Shown here piece by piece: positions 1-13,944 of a stretch of DNA of 64,000 nt; the stretch's first letter is position 1, and the number at the start of each line of letters is the position of its first letter. The DNA is from Octopus sinensis (lineage: Eukaryota). A program made the position numbers and the translations under genes. Below the pieces are notes generated by a model, which was given only the letters and a program-made list of their open reading frames with translations, was not told where the DNA came from and searched no databases. The stretch lies in assembly GCF_006345805.1 (NCBI RefSeq), contig NC_043003.1, positions 49,476,001 through 49,540,000 of the forward strand. Reading direction: 5' to 3'.

Positions 1-136
1 ATATATATATCATCTTCACTATTGAATTGTTTAATAGTGGTTTTTCTCTAAATTTCATACACATATTATATATTGTGAAATTTGATTTAGAATTGCTAAA
101 TTGAATTTTTCCCTGTAAGTTTAGAATTATATTCCC

Positions 137-170
<34 letters not shown>

Positions 171-198
171 GTATGTGTGTATGTATTTATGTGTGTGT

Positions 199-230
<32 letters not shown>

Positions 231-919
231 TGCTTAGTGTGATATAACCAAGTGAAATGCAGCAAATCATCTCTTGTAATTACGTCATAATGATGTAACA
301 TACTCATCAGGCATAAAAACCATCTACATCCATTGTTGGACAAGTACTTCCTTAGATTGTGTTATTCTACATTAAACTCTACTAATCTTCTATTGAGTGC
401 TCTTGTCTCTTATGTGACAATCTCAATCTCTTTCTCTCTCACACACATACACACACACACATACACACACACACACATACATACATACATACATACATAC
501 ATACATACATACATACATACATACATGAACGTACATGAAAATACTTATAGACACATTTATAAAAAAAACTTTTACTAGATATTTTTTCTGATAGATTTGG
601 AATTAAGACAGGTACATTTAGTACGCTTTTAACCCATTATCTACCTACCTACCTATCGACCTACCTGATCTCTACTTACCAACTCATCCGCATATTACTT
701 ATCAGCTTACCTATAAAACTACTTGCCTAACTTTCCAATTATCTGTATACTTCTCTAGCTATCTATTCATCCATCCAGTCTCATACCAGTCTGTCTGTCT
801 GTCTATCTATCTATCTTTCTATCTATCTACCTACCTTCTGTCAATCTGTCTATCTCTCTGTGTATCCATAATCTATCTGTCTGTCTATCTCTCTATCTAT
901 CTATCTATCTATCTGTCTA

Positions 920-958
<39 letters not shown>

Positions 959-1149
959 CTTTATCTATCTATCTATCTCTCTATCTATCTGTTTGTCTGT
1001 CTGTCTATTTATCTATTTCTCTTTTTCTCTCTCAAGTTGTCTATCTCTCTCTCTCTCAATCTGTCTATCTATGAATAAATCATATCTATCTTCCTTGCAT
1101 CCCATTCAGCCATGCCACCATTCTTCCCTCCACCATCCACCCATCCTCC

Positions 1150-2690
1150 CATGCCGCCCATAAATGGAGCTATATTTCCGTTGTAGCTCAAGAAATGGAG
1201 CTGTTTTTATGTAAGTTTCTATGAATGTATGCTTCCACAATGACATATTCTAAGGACTATATATTACTGTTCGATGCTGATCTGAGAAAGTTGTTCTCTG
1301 GTACTCACAAGGAAGACAAGATACTTTTAATGGGAGACTTTAAGGCTAGAATAGGAACTGAGCAAGATATTTGGAATTGTCCTGGATAACATGTTCTTCA
1401 TAAAACCAACAGCAATGGACTGGATCTCCTGCAGCTATGCAGTGAATATAACCTGGCTATTGGCAACACTTTCTTTCATTGTAAAAGCAAGTACAAAGGG
1501 ACACAGATGCACCTATGTTCAAAGCACTGGCTTATTATTGACTATATCACCATTAGAAAATGTGATCTACAGGATATGAAAACAATGAAGGTCATAAGAG
1601 GTGCTGAGTGCTGGACTGAGCATCAATTAGTCAGAGTTAAGCTTAGAAATAGGCTTGAGATACACTGCCAGTTTCAGCACCAAGCAGTTATATGTAAAAT
1701 CATGATGTGGGCAAACTCTAGTTAATAGAAATTAAAAATTTGTTGATATTAGCCTGTGACAGTCTCGAACATTTAAACCAGGTGAATATTTTGTGAGGAT
1801 TTCAAGGAAAAGATACACAACAAATCTAAGGAAACTCTGGGCATTAAAAACTGGAAACACCAAGACTGGTTCTATGAGAATGTTAAGGAGATTTGCAACC
1901 TGCTGGAGGTAAAATGAAGAATACATGAAAGACCACTTCTTCCAAATTTATCTTTAAATGATAAAAACAGTGGAAGAATTAAGGAAGATGAAAGGTGAAG
2001 TCCAAAGGCATTTGCAGCACATCCAGAATGCCTGGGGGAAAGAAAAGGCTCAAGCTCTTCAAAACACATCAGTTACTCAAGATTCTAAGCAAAGTACCAG
2101 CTACTGAAAGAAGTCTATGCTTCATAAGAGTCATCTTTTGCTCTTGTTAAGGCCAAGGATGGGAAAACGATCTTGAAGCAACCAAATGGAATACAATCTA
2201 GACAGAGGGAACACTAAAGTGAGCTATTGAACAGGATAACAGAGATTGATAAAACTGTGCATGATGATATTGTGCAGCTGCCATTAAAGAAGTATTTAGA
2301 TGAAGCGTCAAATCAGGAAGAAGTTGACAAAGCCAATGGTAGGAAATCACCAGGCATTGATGGAATACCTGCAGAGATACTAAATAGTTTGGGAGATAAA
2401 CTGAAAAGTATGCTGTCTGAGGTTATCTCTCATGTATGGAGCTCATCAACATTTCAAGCGTGGAGAGCTGCAGTCTTGGTATCACTGTTTAAGAAAGGGG
2501 AAGAATCTGAGTGTGGAAATTTTCATGACAAGAAGATTGGTCATCCCAACAAGTTTACAGACCTGATACAATTTTGCATTATGGCATAAAGGCTACAGTG
2601 TTTGAACCTTTTCCCCATTGAAGGTGGAGTAAAGCAAGGAGACATTCTTGCAGCAACAGGAACTGACAATAAACTACACCAGAAGTAGCC
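1150..2690 (+). mobile_element. Decayed RTE-clade LINE (APE endonuclease plus start of RT)
   Basis: Translations DKILLMGDFKARIG, NSNGLDLLQLCSEYNLAIGNTFF, LIIDYITIRKCD, ECWTEHQLV, KSPGIDGIPAEIL; several stops and frameshifts. Confidence 0.85.
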
Positions 2691-2994
2691 CAGCAACAAA
2701 TAATAATGTCACTGACCGTACTCTTAACTCAAAGTAGTTTTGTAAACATACACCCAGACATGCATGAACATGCACACATACACCACACTCATAAACACAA
2801 AATGTGCCTGAAACGGCTGTAGTGGACATCCTGCTGGTTACTCGATGCAATCTGCACCTGATATCCATTGCCATCAAATAACAAGCTGGAGGATTCATCC
2901 TCCTGAGGTTAAAATGGTAGTAACATCAGTTCTTACAGAACAACCATGTTTATGTGGCGATAACCATTACTTCTCTGCCTGTCTGTCTGTCTGC

Positions 2995-3037
<43 letters not shown>

Positions 3038-3039
3038 CA

Positions 3040-3090
<51 letters not shown>

Positions 3091-3263
3091 GTATATGTAT
3101 ATATATATATGTATATATACATATATATATATGTATATCTACATATATATATGTATATATACATACATATATACATACATATATATATATATATATATGT
3201 CATCATCATCATCATCATCATCGTCGTTTAACGTCCGTTCTCCATGCTAGCATGGGTTATATA

Positions 3264-3297
<34 letters not shown>

Positions 3298-3481
3298 CAT
3301 ACATATATATGTATATATACATACATATATACATACATATATATATATATATGTATATGTATATGTATATATACATACATATATATGTATATATACATAT
3401 ATATTATATGTATATATACATACATATATATATATATGTATATACATACATATATATATATATATATGTATGTATACATAC

Positions 3482-3516
<35 letters not shown>

Positions 3517-3583
3517 CATATATATATTATATATATATATATGTATATATACATACATATATACATATATATATATGTATGTA

Positions 3584-3614
<31 letters not shown>

Positions 3615-3621
3615 GTATATA

Positions 3622-3660
<39 letters not shown>

Positions 3661-4099
3661 GCTTATTTTAGGCTTTCAAATTCTTCTTGATGGAAAATCC
3701 CACACTTGAAAAACAAGGATTGGCAAAAGGAGATGCTTCCTCCTCTCAAAAATCAGTCTCAGATTTACTCCTACTTAAGTCATGTCTGTGTGGAAAAACA
3801 CACTTCAAATAAAAAGAATTAAACAAACAAATTACATAAACCACTATGAGTTTAAGGTGCAGTGTGAATGTTTGTAAGTTTAAATTTAACTTCAATCATT
3901 GTGTCGTGCCTTTGAATAAGTCACATGATTGTATTTTGACCTTCCACTTTGCTTCAATTTACAGACAAAATAAACGAAGCACTATCTTTTTCTCCTTAGT
4001 GGTAAAAAAATAGTTAATATCTGCTGCAGCAAAAATGCCATCTTGACCAGACAGGTCTGGTGAAAAAGTGGAACAAAATAGTTAAAAATAGACCATAAG

Positions 4100-5560
4100 A
4101 CAGGCATTTTTCTTGTAATTCTAAATTGGTATGCAACATGTAGATAACAGAAATGTATTTTATTCACTGGCAGAAACGTTAGCAGGCTGGACAAAATGCT
4201 TAGCCGTATTTCGACTGTCTTAACGTTCTGAGTTCAAATTCCGCCGAGGTCGACTTTGCCTTTCATCCTTCGGGGGTCAATAAATTAAGTACCAGTTGTG
4301 TACTGGGGTCGATCTAATCGACTAGGCCCCTCTCCCAAAATTTCGAGCCTTGTGCCCAGAGTAGAAAAGAGTTGATAACATTTCATATTCCATGATTTGG
4401 TGCTCTGAAGAAATGCTGTTTTCTTGGTCAAACATGTAAGATTGCATTATAGAGGTGATCATAAGAGTAACATAGAGTTCTTCTGAAATAACATATCTGA
4501 TTGCCAGAAAAGGATACATGGGATGAAAATCACTTCTATCATCACCAGTTCTTTGGTCATTATCTAAACTTTTATTTTATCTGGAGTCAAGAATGATTCC
4601 TTTTGGTTGACATACCATTCCTGTTGTTGACTGTCATAGTTAGTTGCCTGAAAAATCTCTCATCTCAGACTTGCAACTATGATTACTATTGGAGCTGGTA
4701 GTCCACACTCTTCAAGATCCATACCATTCATAGACTTTATAGTACTTTCAATGAAGGTCAATCCTTGGTTGTACATGGCAGAGATAACGTGTGCATGTAG
4801 GTTCTTTACTCGTGTTGCACTTGATGCTGTATGTAGTGAAAGACAATTATAATTCGCAAAAAGTATATAGACAGTATATACTGGAATAATGTTATTGTTA
4901 AAATTTATCATTTAGACGCTCACATTTTATAAAGCAAAATATTTTCTGGTACCATGAAGGACAAAAAATAATACATTCTTACATTGTTTCATGTTTAAAT
5001 TTATGTATTCTTCTAAAATATGAGGACAGCCATGGGCACATATCCATCACTGTCCTCTTATCTCCAGACAATAAGCCTGTTCTGTTCTTTAATGGCATGT
5101 CAACTTTAGAGAACTGCTGATTCTGGTGGTTATCTCCCCTTTTCGTACAGAACTGTTCCCAATTGCTGTTTGGTAACACGACACATCCTCTAGAGGCAGG
5201 GATAATTTTAATAAACTAAGAATTTATGTTGTATGATATTTGATATCCCTGTATTTCTCTAAGTTGCTCATACACCTGCCACTGGCTACTATATGTTGTC
5301 TCTCAGCTTATTTCCGTTTTAATTATGCATTTATGTAAAATAGTCAAAGCTTTCTTCCAATACTGAAAATATACAATACTGGTAGTTTACATAAAATTGT
5401 GACAATTTATAAATGACTGTAGCAACCTTTGAATCAGGTTGTATTCCATTAATAACTGAATAAATCTCTATCTGAAATTCTGAATCTACCTTTCTATATT
5501 TCAAATGAATTTCTATTGATCTTAAACCGTCATCCATTGTTTTATACTCTTTACCTCGCA
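4100..5560 (-). mobile_element. Highly decayed Helitron Rep/PIF1-helicase remnant (copy 1)
   Basis: Minus-strand segments IYSVINGIQPDSKVATVIY, AMYNQGLTFIESTIKSMNGMDLEECGLPAP, EVIFIPCILFWQSDMLFQ, DHLYNAILHV; 3-prime flank (caatttagaattacaa) shared with copy 2. Confidence 0.6.
4167..4375 (+). mobile_element. SINE family A (tRNA-like head ctggcagaaacgttagc...gagttcaaattccgccgaggtcgac, Deu/Nin-like core)
   Basis: Matches more than 15 other copies in the window; inserted into Helitron copy 1. Confidence 0.8.
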
Positions 5561-6039
5561 ATCACCATTCAGACAACCACATGATCCTCTGTGCAGTTAT
5601 ATATGCACATGTATGCATATATGCAATCAACACTAGTCATTTTGCTATACTTTGCTCTGAGTTATGAAGAGGTAGAGATGGTGAGATAATCCCAAATGTC
5701 TTGAACTATTGACAGTTTTCAGTTTATAAGATAGCTCTAGTCTATACAATATATATTACTCAGTAATTTATAATATATAGAATTTGTAGTTTATGTGTGA
5801 TTCTGGCAATTTATATATATGATACTGGCAGTTTTATAGAATAGATTCCAAATTTAAGATTTGCTTCCAGATATAATAATCTTGTTGTAGTTTGGAAAGC
5901 AATAACTATAATTTGAAAATAAATACCTGTTTCACGTGCAAACTTTTGTGACTAATTATCTGTTCATCACAAAATAAAATTGTATGTTATATAAAGTGAC
6001 TTGCTTAGTTTAAGTGTTGTAGAGGTTTCAGATGAGTCG

Positions 6040-7450
6040 GTGAATGTGTGGTGGTGGTGTTGGTAAGATGTAGGAAGAAAATTAGTGGTAACTGTGTTGA
6101 GATGATTGGGGGTGGGTAACTGAAATGTTGTGGGGGTTGGGGTTGTGTGATTAAATGTATTGTTGTGGGTAGGTAAATATGTTATGGGTCCTAGATGTGG
6201 GTAGTTTGGTAGTTTTGATGTGTTGTGATGGTTAAAAGTGGGAGGAATGTTTGCAACGAGTTGTGGTGGTTAGAGGTAAGTGAAATGTTCCATTGACTGG
6301 AGTTGGGTAACTGTATTGCTGTGGTGAAAGATAGGTACGTAAATGTGTTATGGTGCCAATATGTGGGTAGTTCTGAGGTGTTTGTGGTGGCTAGTAGTTG
6401 ATGAATAAACAGTTTTGGTATCTTGAAGTGGGTGAATAAGAATGTTTCGGTGGCTACTGCTGGATAAATAAATAGGTGCAGGAGTGGCTGTGTGGTAAGT
6501 AGCTTGCTTACCAACCACATGGTTCCAGGTTCAGTCCCACTGCATGGCACCTCGGGCAAGTGTTGTCTACTATAACCGCGGACCGACCAAAGCCTTGTGA
6601 GTGGATTTGGCACAGAGAAACTGAAAGAAGCCCATTGTATGTATGTGTATATATATATATATATGTGTGTGTATGTTTGTGTGTTTGTGTTTGTCCCCCC
6701 AACATCGCTTGACAACCGATGCTGGTGTGTTTACGTCCCCATAACTTAGCAGTTTGGCAAAAGTGACCGATATAATAAGTACTAGGCTTACAAAGAATAA
6801 GTCCTGGGGTCGATATGCTCGACTAAAGGCGGTGCTCCAGCATGGCCACACTCAAATGACTGAAACAAGTAAAAGAGTAAAAGAGAGAGAGAGAGAGATT
6901 AGTAACTTAAGGTGGACTGGTAAATATACTATTTGTGTTGGATGGTTAAATGTATTGAGGTGGTTTTCGATGGGTAGGCTAATATGTTGTGGTAACTATT
7001 GATGGGTTAGTAAATGGGCAATGGTGCCTCAAGATGGGTAGGGAAATACAAAATGCATTGTGCAGGATGGAATTGGATAGGTAAATGTATTGGGTTGCTG
7101 GTTGCAGGTAGGTAAATATAATGTAATGACTATAAATGAATAGTTTAAACATGTGGTTTGAAGTTGATAGTTTAAGTGTGTTGTGTTGGTCAGATGTGGG
7201 TAGATAAATGTTTTGGTATACTTTGAGGTAGGTAAGTAAATGTATTGTAGGGAATGAAGAAGAGCCTTTAAATGTATTGGGGGGGGGGGTTGGAATTAGT
7301 AATTTACTCTGATGCATTGGCTTGAGTTGAGATGGTTTAAGCGCTTAGTAGCAGATCAAATTTGGTAGTTAACAATGTTTTGGTCACTGGTAACAACAAT
7401 GTAGATAGATGTATTGCAATGGCTGGTGGCAGGCTGTATAAATGTATTGA
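6040..7450. repeat. Ancient GT-rich degenerate tandem repeat (motif GGTARATGTATTG)
   Basis: Motif taaatgtattg recurs every 30-60 bp; split by a SINE B at 6476. Confidence 0.55.
6476..6892 (+). mobile_element. SINE family B, near full length (ggtgcaggagtggctgtgtggtaag...ggttcagtcccactg; central microsatellite; 3-prime tail)
   Basis: Box A/B-like head; more than 12 similar copies in both orientations. Confidence 0.85.
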
Positions 7451-7659
7451 TAGATTCAACTGATTTGTTGAAACCTTGCCATAATTATAAAAACGTTTGT
7501 GCCTTGAGGCAATGTCATAAAGTTTGTAATGGTACTACCATTTTCTGAAAGTGATATCAATATTTATATAGTTTAATAATGGGAATTCGTGACTCACCAA
7601 ATCAATGGGTTTCAAACTATTTCAAGCTACCAACTGTAATTCTTCTGTTCTCTCTTTCT

Positions 7660-7702
<43 letters not shown>

Positions 7703-8159
7703 CTCTCTCTCTCCCAATCATGAAGGAGCATGGCCTAGTGGTTTGGGTGTTTGGCTCATGTTCATATGGTCATGGGTTCTTGGTCCAGGTAGTGTGTTGT
7801 GTCATTGAGAAAGGCACTTCGTTTCACATTACTCCAGTCTACTCAGCTGTAAATGGGTACCAATTAGTGGTTGATGCAGCTTTCCCTTGGATGTGTAGCT
7901 AGTTTGAGGGTGGTTGAGGTGAGAGGGTATCTAAGTCTTCTTGTGGCTACATGAGCACCTAAAGCAATTAGTAAAAGCATATTACATTTCCCAATCACTC
8001 TTGCTTGTATGTGATGGTTAGCTATACTGTCTTCTTTCTCTTTCTCTGTCTATCTATCTATCTAGTTTTGTCCAGTAAATGTTTCAAAAAAAGATGGGTG
8101 AATGTAGCAAGGATGACACATATGAATGACGAAGCCACCTTGAGCATGATCAATGAACC

Positions 8160-8490
8160 CGGAAAAATTAAAAACAGAGAGTTACTTACTTGCAAATAAA
8201 TGTGTTAACATGTGACATTATTGACCGAGGTTACCGTGGTCTTTTCTGTAGGCTTTTCTTTCGATGGATAAACCTTATCTGCTTCCTCCTTTACACTTTA
8301 CGTCATGACATTACTGTGATACACGATCCCTGTTGATCGTTTTTTTTTCTCTCTTTTTACGATCCCTTTTGATCGAAAACCTACCCCCATTTTATTTTTA
8401 TTTTCATTTTTTTTTCTCCCCAAAAAGAAAAGCACTGCTTTGTAATTTGTCCCCTCTGTGTTCAGCCCTGTGTGGCTAATAAAGAAACAT
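8160..8490 (+). mobile_element. Retroposon fragment ending in the same 3-prime tail as SINE family A
   Basis: Ends ttgtcccctctgtgttcagccctgtgtggctaataaagaaa, like SINE A ttgtcccctctgtgtttagccccttgtgggtaataaagaaa, but upstream sequence is unrelated. Confidence 0.5.
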
Positions 8491-8635
8491 ATCTATCTAT
8501 CTAACTATCTATCTATCTCTATCTATCTGTGTGTGCCTCTTTCTCTCTCATGCTCTCTCTCTCTCTCTCATGCTCTCTCTGTCACTTTCTCTCTCTCATG
8601 CTCTCTCCCTCTCTGTCTGTCTATTTATATCTATG

Positions 8636-8880
8636 TGGAAGCATGTGCCTTAGTGGTTAGGGTGTTGGACTCATGATCGTAAGATTGCGGTTTCAATTCC
8701 TGGACTGGGCAACACATCGAGTCCTTGAGCAAAGCACTTTATTTCATGTTGCTCCAGTCCACTCAGCTGGCAAAAGTGAGTAACCCTGTGATGCACTAAC
8801 GTCCTATCCAGGTGGAGAATTTATATGCCATTAAACCAGGAAACTGGCCTTTATCAATCGGCATGACATGAGAGAGTAAC
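8636..8880 (+). mobile_element. SINE family D (tRNA-like head tggaagcatgtgccttagtggttagg...ggtttcaattcctgga; ccttgagcaaagcactt core)
   Basis: Related copies near 7722, 10050, 32925 (minus), 37020 (minus) and 49870. Confidence 0.7.
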
Positions 8881-9482
8881 TTGACCATTTTTTTTATCTA
8901 TGTCCATCTATCAAACTTTCTGTCTATTTGTCTCAGCTTAAAAAAAAAAAACTGTTTATAAAATCCTGGGCAAGAATAGCTTAGATCACCATTCCATGCA
9001 CCAAAAAAACAATAAGACAGCTTCTATGTGGTAATTCGATTTGCTAGAAATGACAGACAATCTCCCTGAAATTGCACTATACTATCTTAGAAAAGAAAAG
9101 ACACATCGGATAATGAAGTCCACTGTCTGAATATGATAGATGGGATGGTTATGTCAAGAATGTCTTTAATTATATGACTGCTGCTGTTGTAGCTTCAGGT
9201 GACTCCTAATACAACAGAGTTTTATAAGTCATCATAAAATTCTGACTAGTGCTAGATTTATTATTCATAATTGAAATTTGACTAATCAATTTATAATTCA
9301 TGATTAAAATTTGACTGAGCACCAATTAAAATTTAAACATTAATTTATGATTGATAATTAGAGGTGTAGGTAAGGTAGTGAGCTAGCAGAATCATTAATG
9401 TGCTGGGCAAAATGCTTAGTGACATTCTATCTGTCTTCATTTTCTGAGTTCAAATTATGTTGAGGTTGACTTTACTCTCTCT

Positions 9483-9875
9483 CTTTTACTTGTTTCAGTC
9501 ATTTGACTGTAGCCATGCTGGAGCACCACCTTTAGTTGAGCAAATTGACACCAGGACTTATTCTTTGGAGACCTAGTACTTATTCTATCGGTCTCTTTTG
9601 CCGAACCACTAAGTTACGGGGACATAAACACACCAGCATCGGTTGTCAAGTGATGTTGGGGGAACAAGACACACAAACATATATACACACACACACACAT
9701 ATATACATATATACGATGGGCTTCTCTTAGTTTCTGTCTACCAAATCCACTCACAAGGCTTTGGTCGACCCGAGGCTATAGTGGAAGACACTTGCCTAAG
9801 GTGCCATGCAGTGGGACTGAGCCCAGAACCATGTGGTTAGTAAGCAAGCTACTAATCACACAGCCACTCCTATGC
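9483..9875 (-). mobile_element. SINE family B
   Basis: Reverse complement of the 6476 copy. Confidence 0.85.
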
Positions 9876-10699
9876 CTTGTCACAAATTTTAACTTAATAA
9901 TATTTTAAATTAATAATATAAATAATATATAAACTATGGTGAAAAAAATATGAGAAAGATATAATATATAATTTTTTTTTTGTGCAGGGTTTCCTTGAGA
10001 CATGTAATTTATTTTAAGGGTTACGCCAGGGTAAAAAGGTTGAGAAACACTGGGTTAAGGTGTTGCACTTATGATTGTCAGGTTCAATTCCTGGACTGGG
10101 TGGTGCATTATGTTCTTGATGGGTGCTCCAGTTGATCTGATTTATGGAACAACCTGCTTGTGAAATTAACATACAAGTGGCTGAACACTCCACAGATACA
10201 CATACATTTTATGTAGTTCTTAGGGAGAAGCAGTGTGACACAGAATACGACAAGTGTGGCCCTTTGAAATACAGGTACTACTAATTTTTGCTAACAGAGT
10301 GGAATGAAAATCTAAAGCACCAATTATATCACATAATTAAACTTTAACTAGTCACTAGTTTCTAATTCATAATTAACATTTGACCAATCATCAATTTATA
10401 ATCTCCAATTAAAATTTACTAAGCTCTAATTTATAATTCCAAATTTATAAATGCACAGATATGACTATGTGGTTGAGAAGTTTTAGTTCCCAACCACATG
10501 GATTGGAGTTCAATCCCACAGCATGGCACCTTGGGCAAGTGTCTTCAAAATTTAATTTGTTTCACTTGTGCTATACCACAGCACATCAACAAATAGACAT
10601 TATCCTATTTGCATACATGTCTTTAACAGGTGATTTATTTCATTTCAAGGTGTGTTGAATATATAACACTGAAAGGTGTTGAGCAGACAGAAACATTAG

Positions 10700-11350
10700 C
10701 ATGCCGAAGGCAGTGAGCTGGCAGAAATGTTAGCACGCTGGGCGAAATGCTTGGCGGTATTTCATCTGCCGCTATGTTCTGAGTTCAAATTCTGCCGAGG
10801 TCGACTTTCCCTTTCATCCTTTCGGGGTCGATTAAATAAGTACCAGTTACGCACTGGGGTCGATATAATCGTCTTAATCTGTTTGTCTGTCCTTGTTTGT
10901 CCCCTCTGTGTGTAGCCCTTTGTGGGCAGTAAAGAAATAAGAAACATTAGCATGCCTGGCGAAATGCTTAGTGATATTTCATCTGTCTTTACATTCTGAG
11001 TTCAAATTTCGTCAAGATTTGACTTTGCCTTTCATCCTTTCAGGGTCGATAAACCAAGTACCAGTCAATTACTAGGGTTGATCTAATTGACTAGCCCCTC
11101 TCCCAAAATTTTGGGCCTTGTGCTTAGGGTAGAAAAGAAAGGTGGCAAGCAGGCATAAATGTTAGCACACCAGGTGAAATGCTTAGCAGTATTTCATCTA
11201 TCTTTACGTTCTAAGTTCAAATTCTACTGAGGTCAACTTTGCTTTTCATCCTTTTAGGATCAATAAATTAAGTACCAGTTGCATATTGGAGTCGATCTAA
11301 TTGACTGGAGCCCTCCCTCAAAATTTTGGTTCTTGTGCTTAGAGTAAAAC
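10700..11350 (+). mobile_element. Cluster of three head-to-tail SINE family A copies
   Basis: Three successive ttctgagttcaaatt...tttcatcctttc...taagtaccag units. Confidence 0.8.
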
Positions 11351-12239
11351 AGAATAAATAACACTGAAGAAATAAAGCAGTAGCAAAGTATATATATTCC
11401 TTGTTCTTGTTCACCTTCAGGGCAGTTTGTCTTTGTTAGTCTGAGACATTTGGTGTTCTTCAGCACTCAGCGTCATTTAGAAATTTTTTCCCAGGAAGTT
11501 ACCCTGCAGCAAGTTGATTTATAAACAAAACACCTATACTATGTTTGTATGACTGATAATGTTTGCATTATCAAGAAGTGCTTTTAATTCAACTTTAATA
11601 TGTGTATGTGTGTTTGGTGTGTGTGCATGTATGTGTGTGTATGTGCATGTAAATGCATGTATGTGTGTGCATGTGTATGCATGCATGTGCGTGTGTGTGT
11701 ACATGCATGCATGTGTGTGTGTGCACATGCACATGTGTGCTTGTGCGTGTGTGTGCATACACGTTCATGTGTACGAGTGTGTGTGTGTCTTCTTGTCCTA
11801 CAACATGTGATAGTTGTAAATAAGTGTCCTTGTCATGCATGCAGTGTCCTTAGCATTCAATCGTTTGTGAAAACATGTCTGGCCATGGAGAAATATAACT
11901 CCTGCTTGGAAATAGGAGAGGGTTGATGGCAGGAAAGGTAACCTCCTGGAGAAAATATGACCCATGCAAGTATCAAAAACTTGACATTAAAACAATGATA
12001 ATAATGATGATAATGATAAATTAAAATTCAACCAAGCACTAAAGCCACTAATAATTAAATTCATAATCAAAACTTCATTAAACATGAATTTTACAATTCA
12101 TAATTAAAATTTAACTAGTTACAAATTTTAATTTCCTATTTAAAATTTATCTTGCAATAGATTTACGATTCATAAGTGGAATTTGACTGAATATAAATTT
12201 ATTATTCATAAACCAAATCTTAAATGACCAAATGCAAAA

Positions 12240-12460
12240 ACCAGCACATTACTGCAAAAGTTCCTGCAATTGTCCTTTATTCAACCTCCTGCATTCTGTC
12301 ACCCATGGAAACAATCTTAAGGTACTTGCACTTCTCCATCTGCTTCAGTGGAACTTCATTCACGTGTAGGTGCTATGCAGGGCTCCTTGAGAGTACGAGA
12401 GTCTTAGTATTTGTGGCACTGATTTTCATTCTGTTGAGCAGCATTTGGTGGCATACCTCT
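12240..12460 (-). mobile_element. LINE reverse transcriptase C-terminal fragment
   Basis: Translation MKISATNTKTLVLSRSP*HLHVNEVPLKQMEKCKYL (cf. RT LKQVEKFKYLG motif). Confidence 0.7.
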
Positions 12461-12774
12461 ACATACATCTGGCCATAGGGAAATTACCTTGCTTGGAAAC
12501 TATGCTTGAGAGTTGGTGAAAGGAAGGACATCTGGCCAAAGAAAATCTGTCTAAGTAATCTCTGTTTGACCAGTACAAGCATGGAATTATAAAAACATTG
12601 AAACAATGATGGTGATGATAATGGTGTGTATGTAGGATGAGATTACCCTGTGAAACCTTCCTGTCTGTTAAAGACGAAAGGGTGCAATTTTTAAAAAAAG
12701 CTTTCACTTCTCTTTCTAGCAAGTCAATCTCCTGTTTGTTTTCTGTTGTCAAGAATGGAATTGAGATTCTTTTA

Positions 12775-13130
12775 TTCTTTTACTTGTTTCAGTCATTTGA
12801 CTGCAACCATACTGGAGCACTGCTTTTAGATGAACAATTCGACCCCAGGACTTATTCTTTGTAAGCTTAGTAGTTATTCTATCGGTGTCTTTTGCCAAAC
12901 CACTAAGCTACAGGGACGTAAACACACCAGCATCAGTTGTCAAGTGATGGTGTTACACAAACACACACACACACGTATGACAGGCTTCTTTCACCTTCCT
13001 TCTACCAAATCCACTCACAAGTCTTTGGTCGGCCCGAGGCTTGCCCAAGGTGCCATACAGTGGGACTGGACCCAGACCATGTGGTTGGGAAGCAAGCTTC
13101 TTACTACACAGCCAAGCCTGTGCCTATGTC
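12775..13130 (-). mobile_element. SINE family B
   Basis: Similarity to other B copies. Confidence 0.8.
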
Positions 13131-13299
13131 AGTAACATTGGATTAAACTCCTCCTCTCCTCTACCTCTTTGCTATCCGAGAAGATTTTGATGTAAAACAA
13201 CATTAAATGATACATTTGTTACTGTCACAGTTCAATGCTTCGTATTATAAAGAGTACTTGGCTGTAAATTCCTAATTTTTGGTTAGGTTTGAATTTATG

Positions 13300-13412
13300 C
13301 AGCCATGATGATGATGACGATCATCATCATCATTATCAAAATCATAACTCTCATCGCCATCATAGACATCACCTTTATGCTTCTTCGTATCCTTCTCAAA
13401 ACAGAAGTATTC

Positions 13413-13448
<36 letters not shown>

Positions 13449-13915
13449 CCATTGTTATTATTGTCTTAATCATCATCATCATCATCATCATTTTCAACTT
13501 CAACAATATCACTTTCATCACTTTCATAGAGATCATCTTTGTCCTTGTTGGCATTCTCCTCAACTGAAGTATTCCCATCATCATTATCATCGTCATCATC
13601 ATCATCCTCCTCCTCATCATCATCATCCTCATTGTTCTTATTGTCTTCATCATGGTTATGAACATCAGCAACATCATTCTTATCATCATGACAGAGATGA
13701 CCTTTACTCTTCTCTGCATCCTCTTCAACAGAAATATCCTCTTTATCATCATTATAATTGTCATTGCTATGACAGAACCATCATCATCATTCTCAATATT
13801 ATCATCACCATACTATATTAACATGGTTATTGTAATTACTATCATTATAACTGGAATCATCATTGTTGTGTTGTTGTGTTGTTACTGTTGTTGTTGTTGT
13901 TGATGTTGTTGTTGC
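13300..13915. repeat. Degenerate (CAT/ATT/GTT)n trinucleotide tract
   Basis: Direct inspection; similar tracts at 27060-27700, 55120-55440, 60330-60580 and 63370-63600. Confidence 0.9.
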
Positions 13916-13944
13916 TTGATGCCAGGTTGGTTGTTTAATTACAT

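Noticed and set aside
2845-3709. Long YIYI/HTH/VCVC/poly-His/poly-Asp ORFs here and throughout (e.g. 34445-35275, 35790-36451, 60198-60644)
   Set aside because: Translations of microsatellites that lack stop codons by construction
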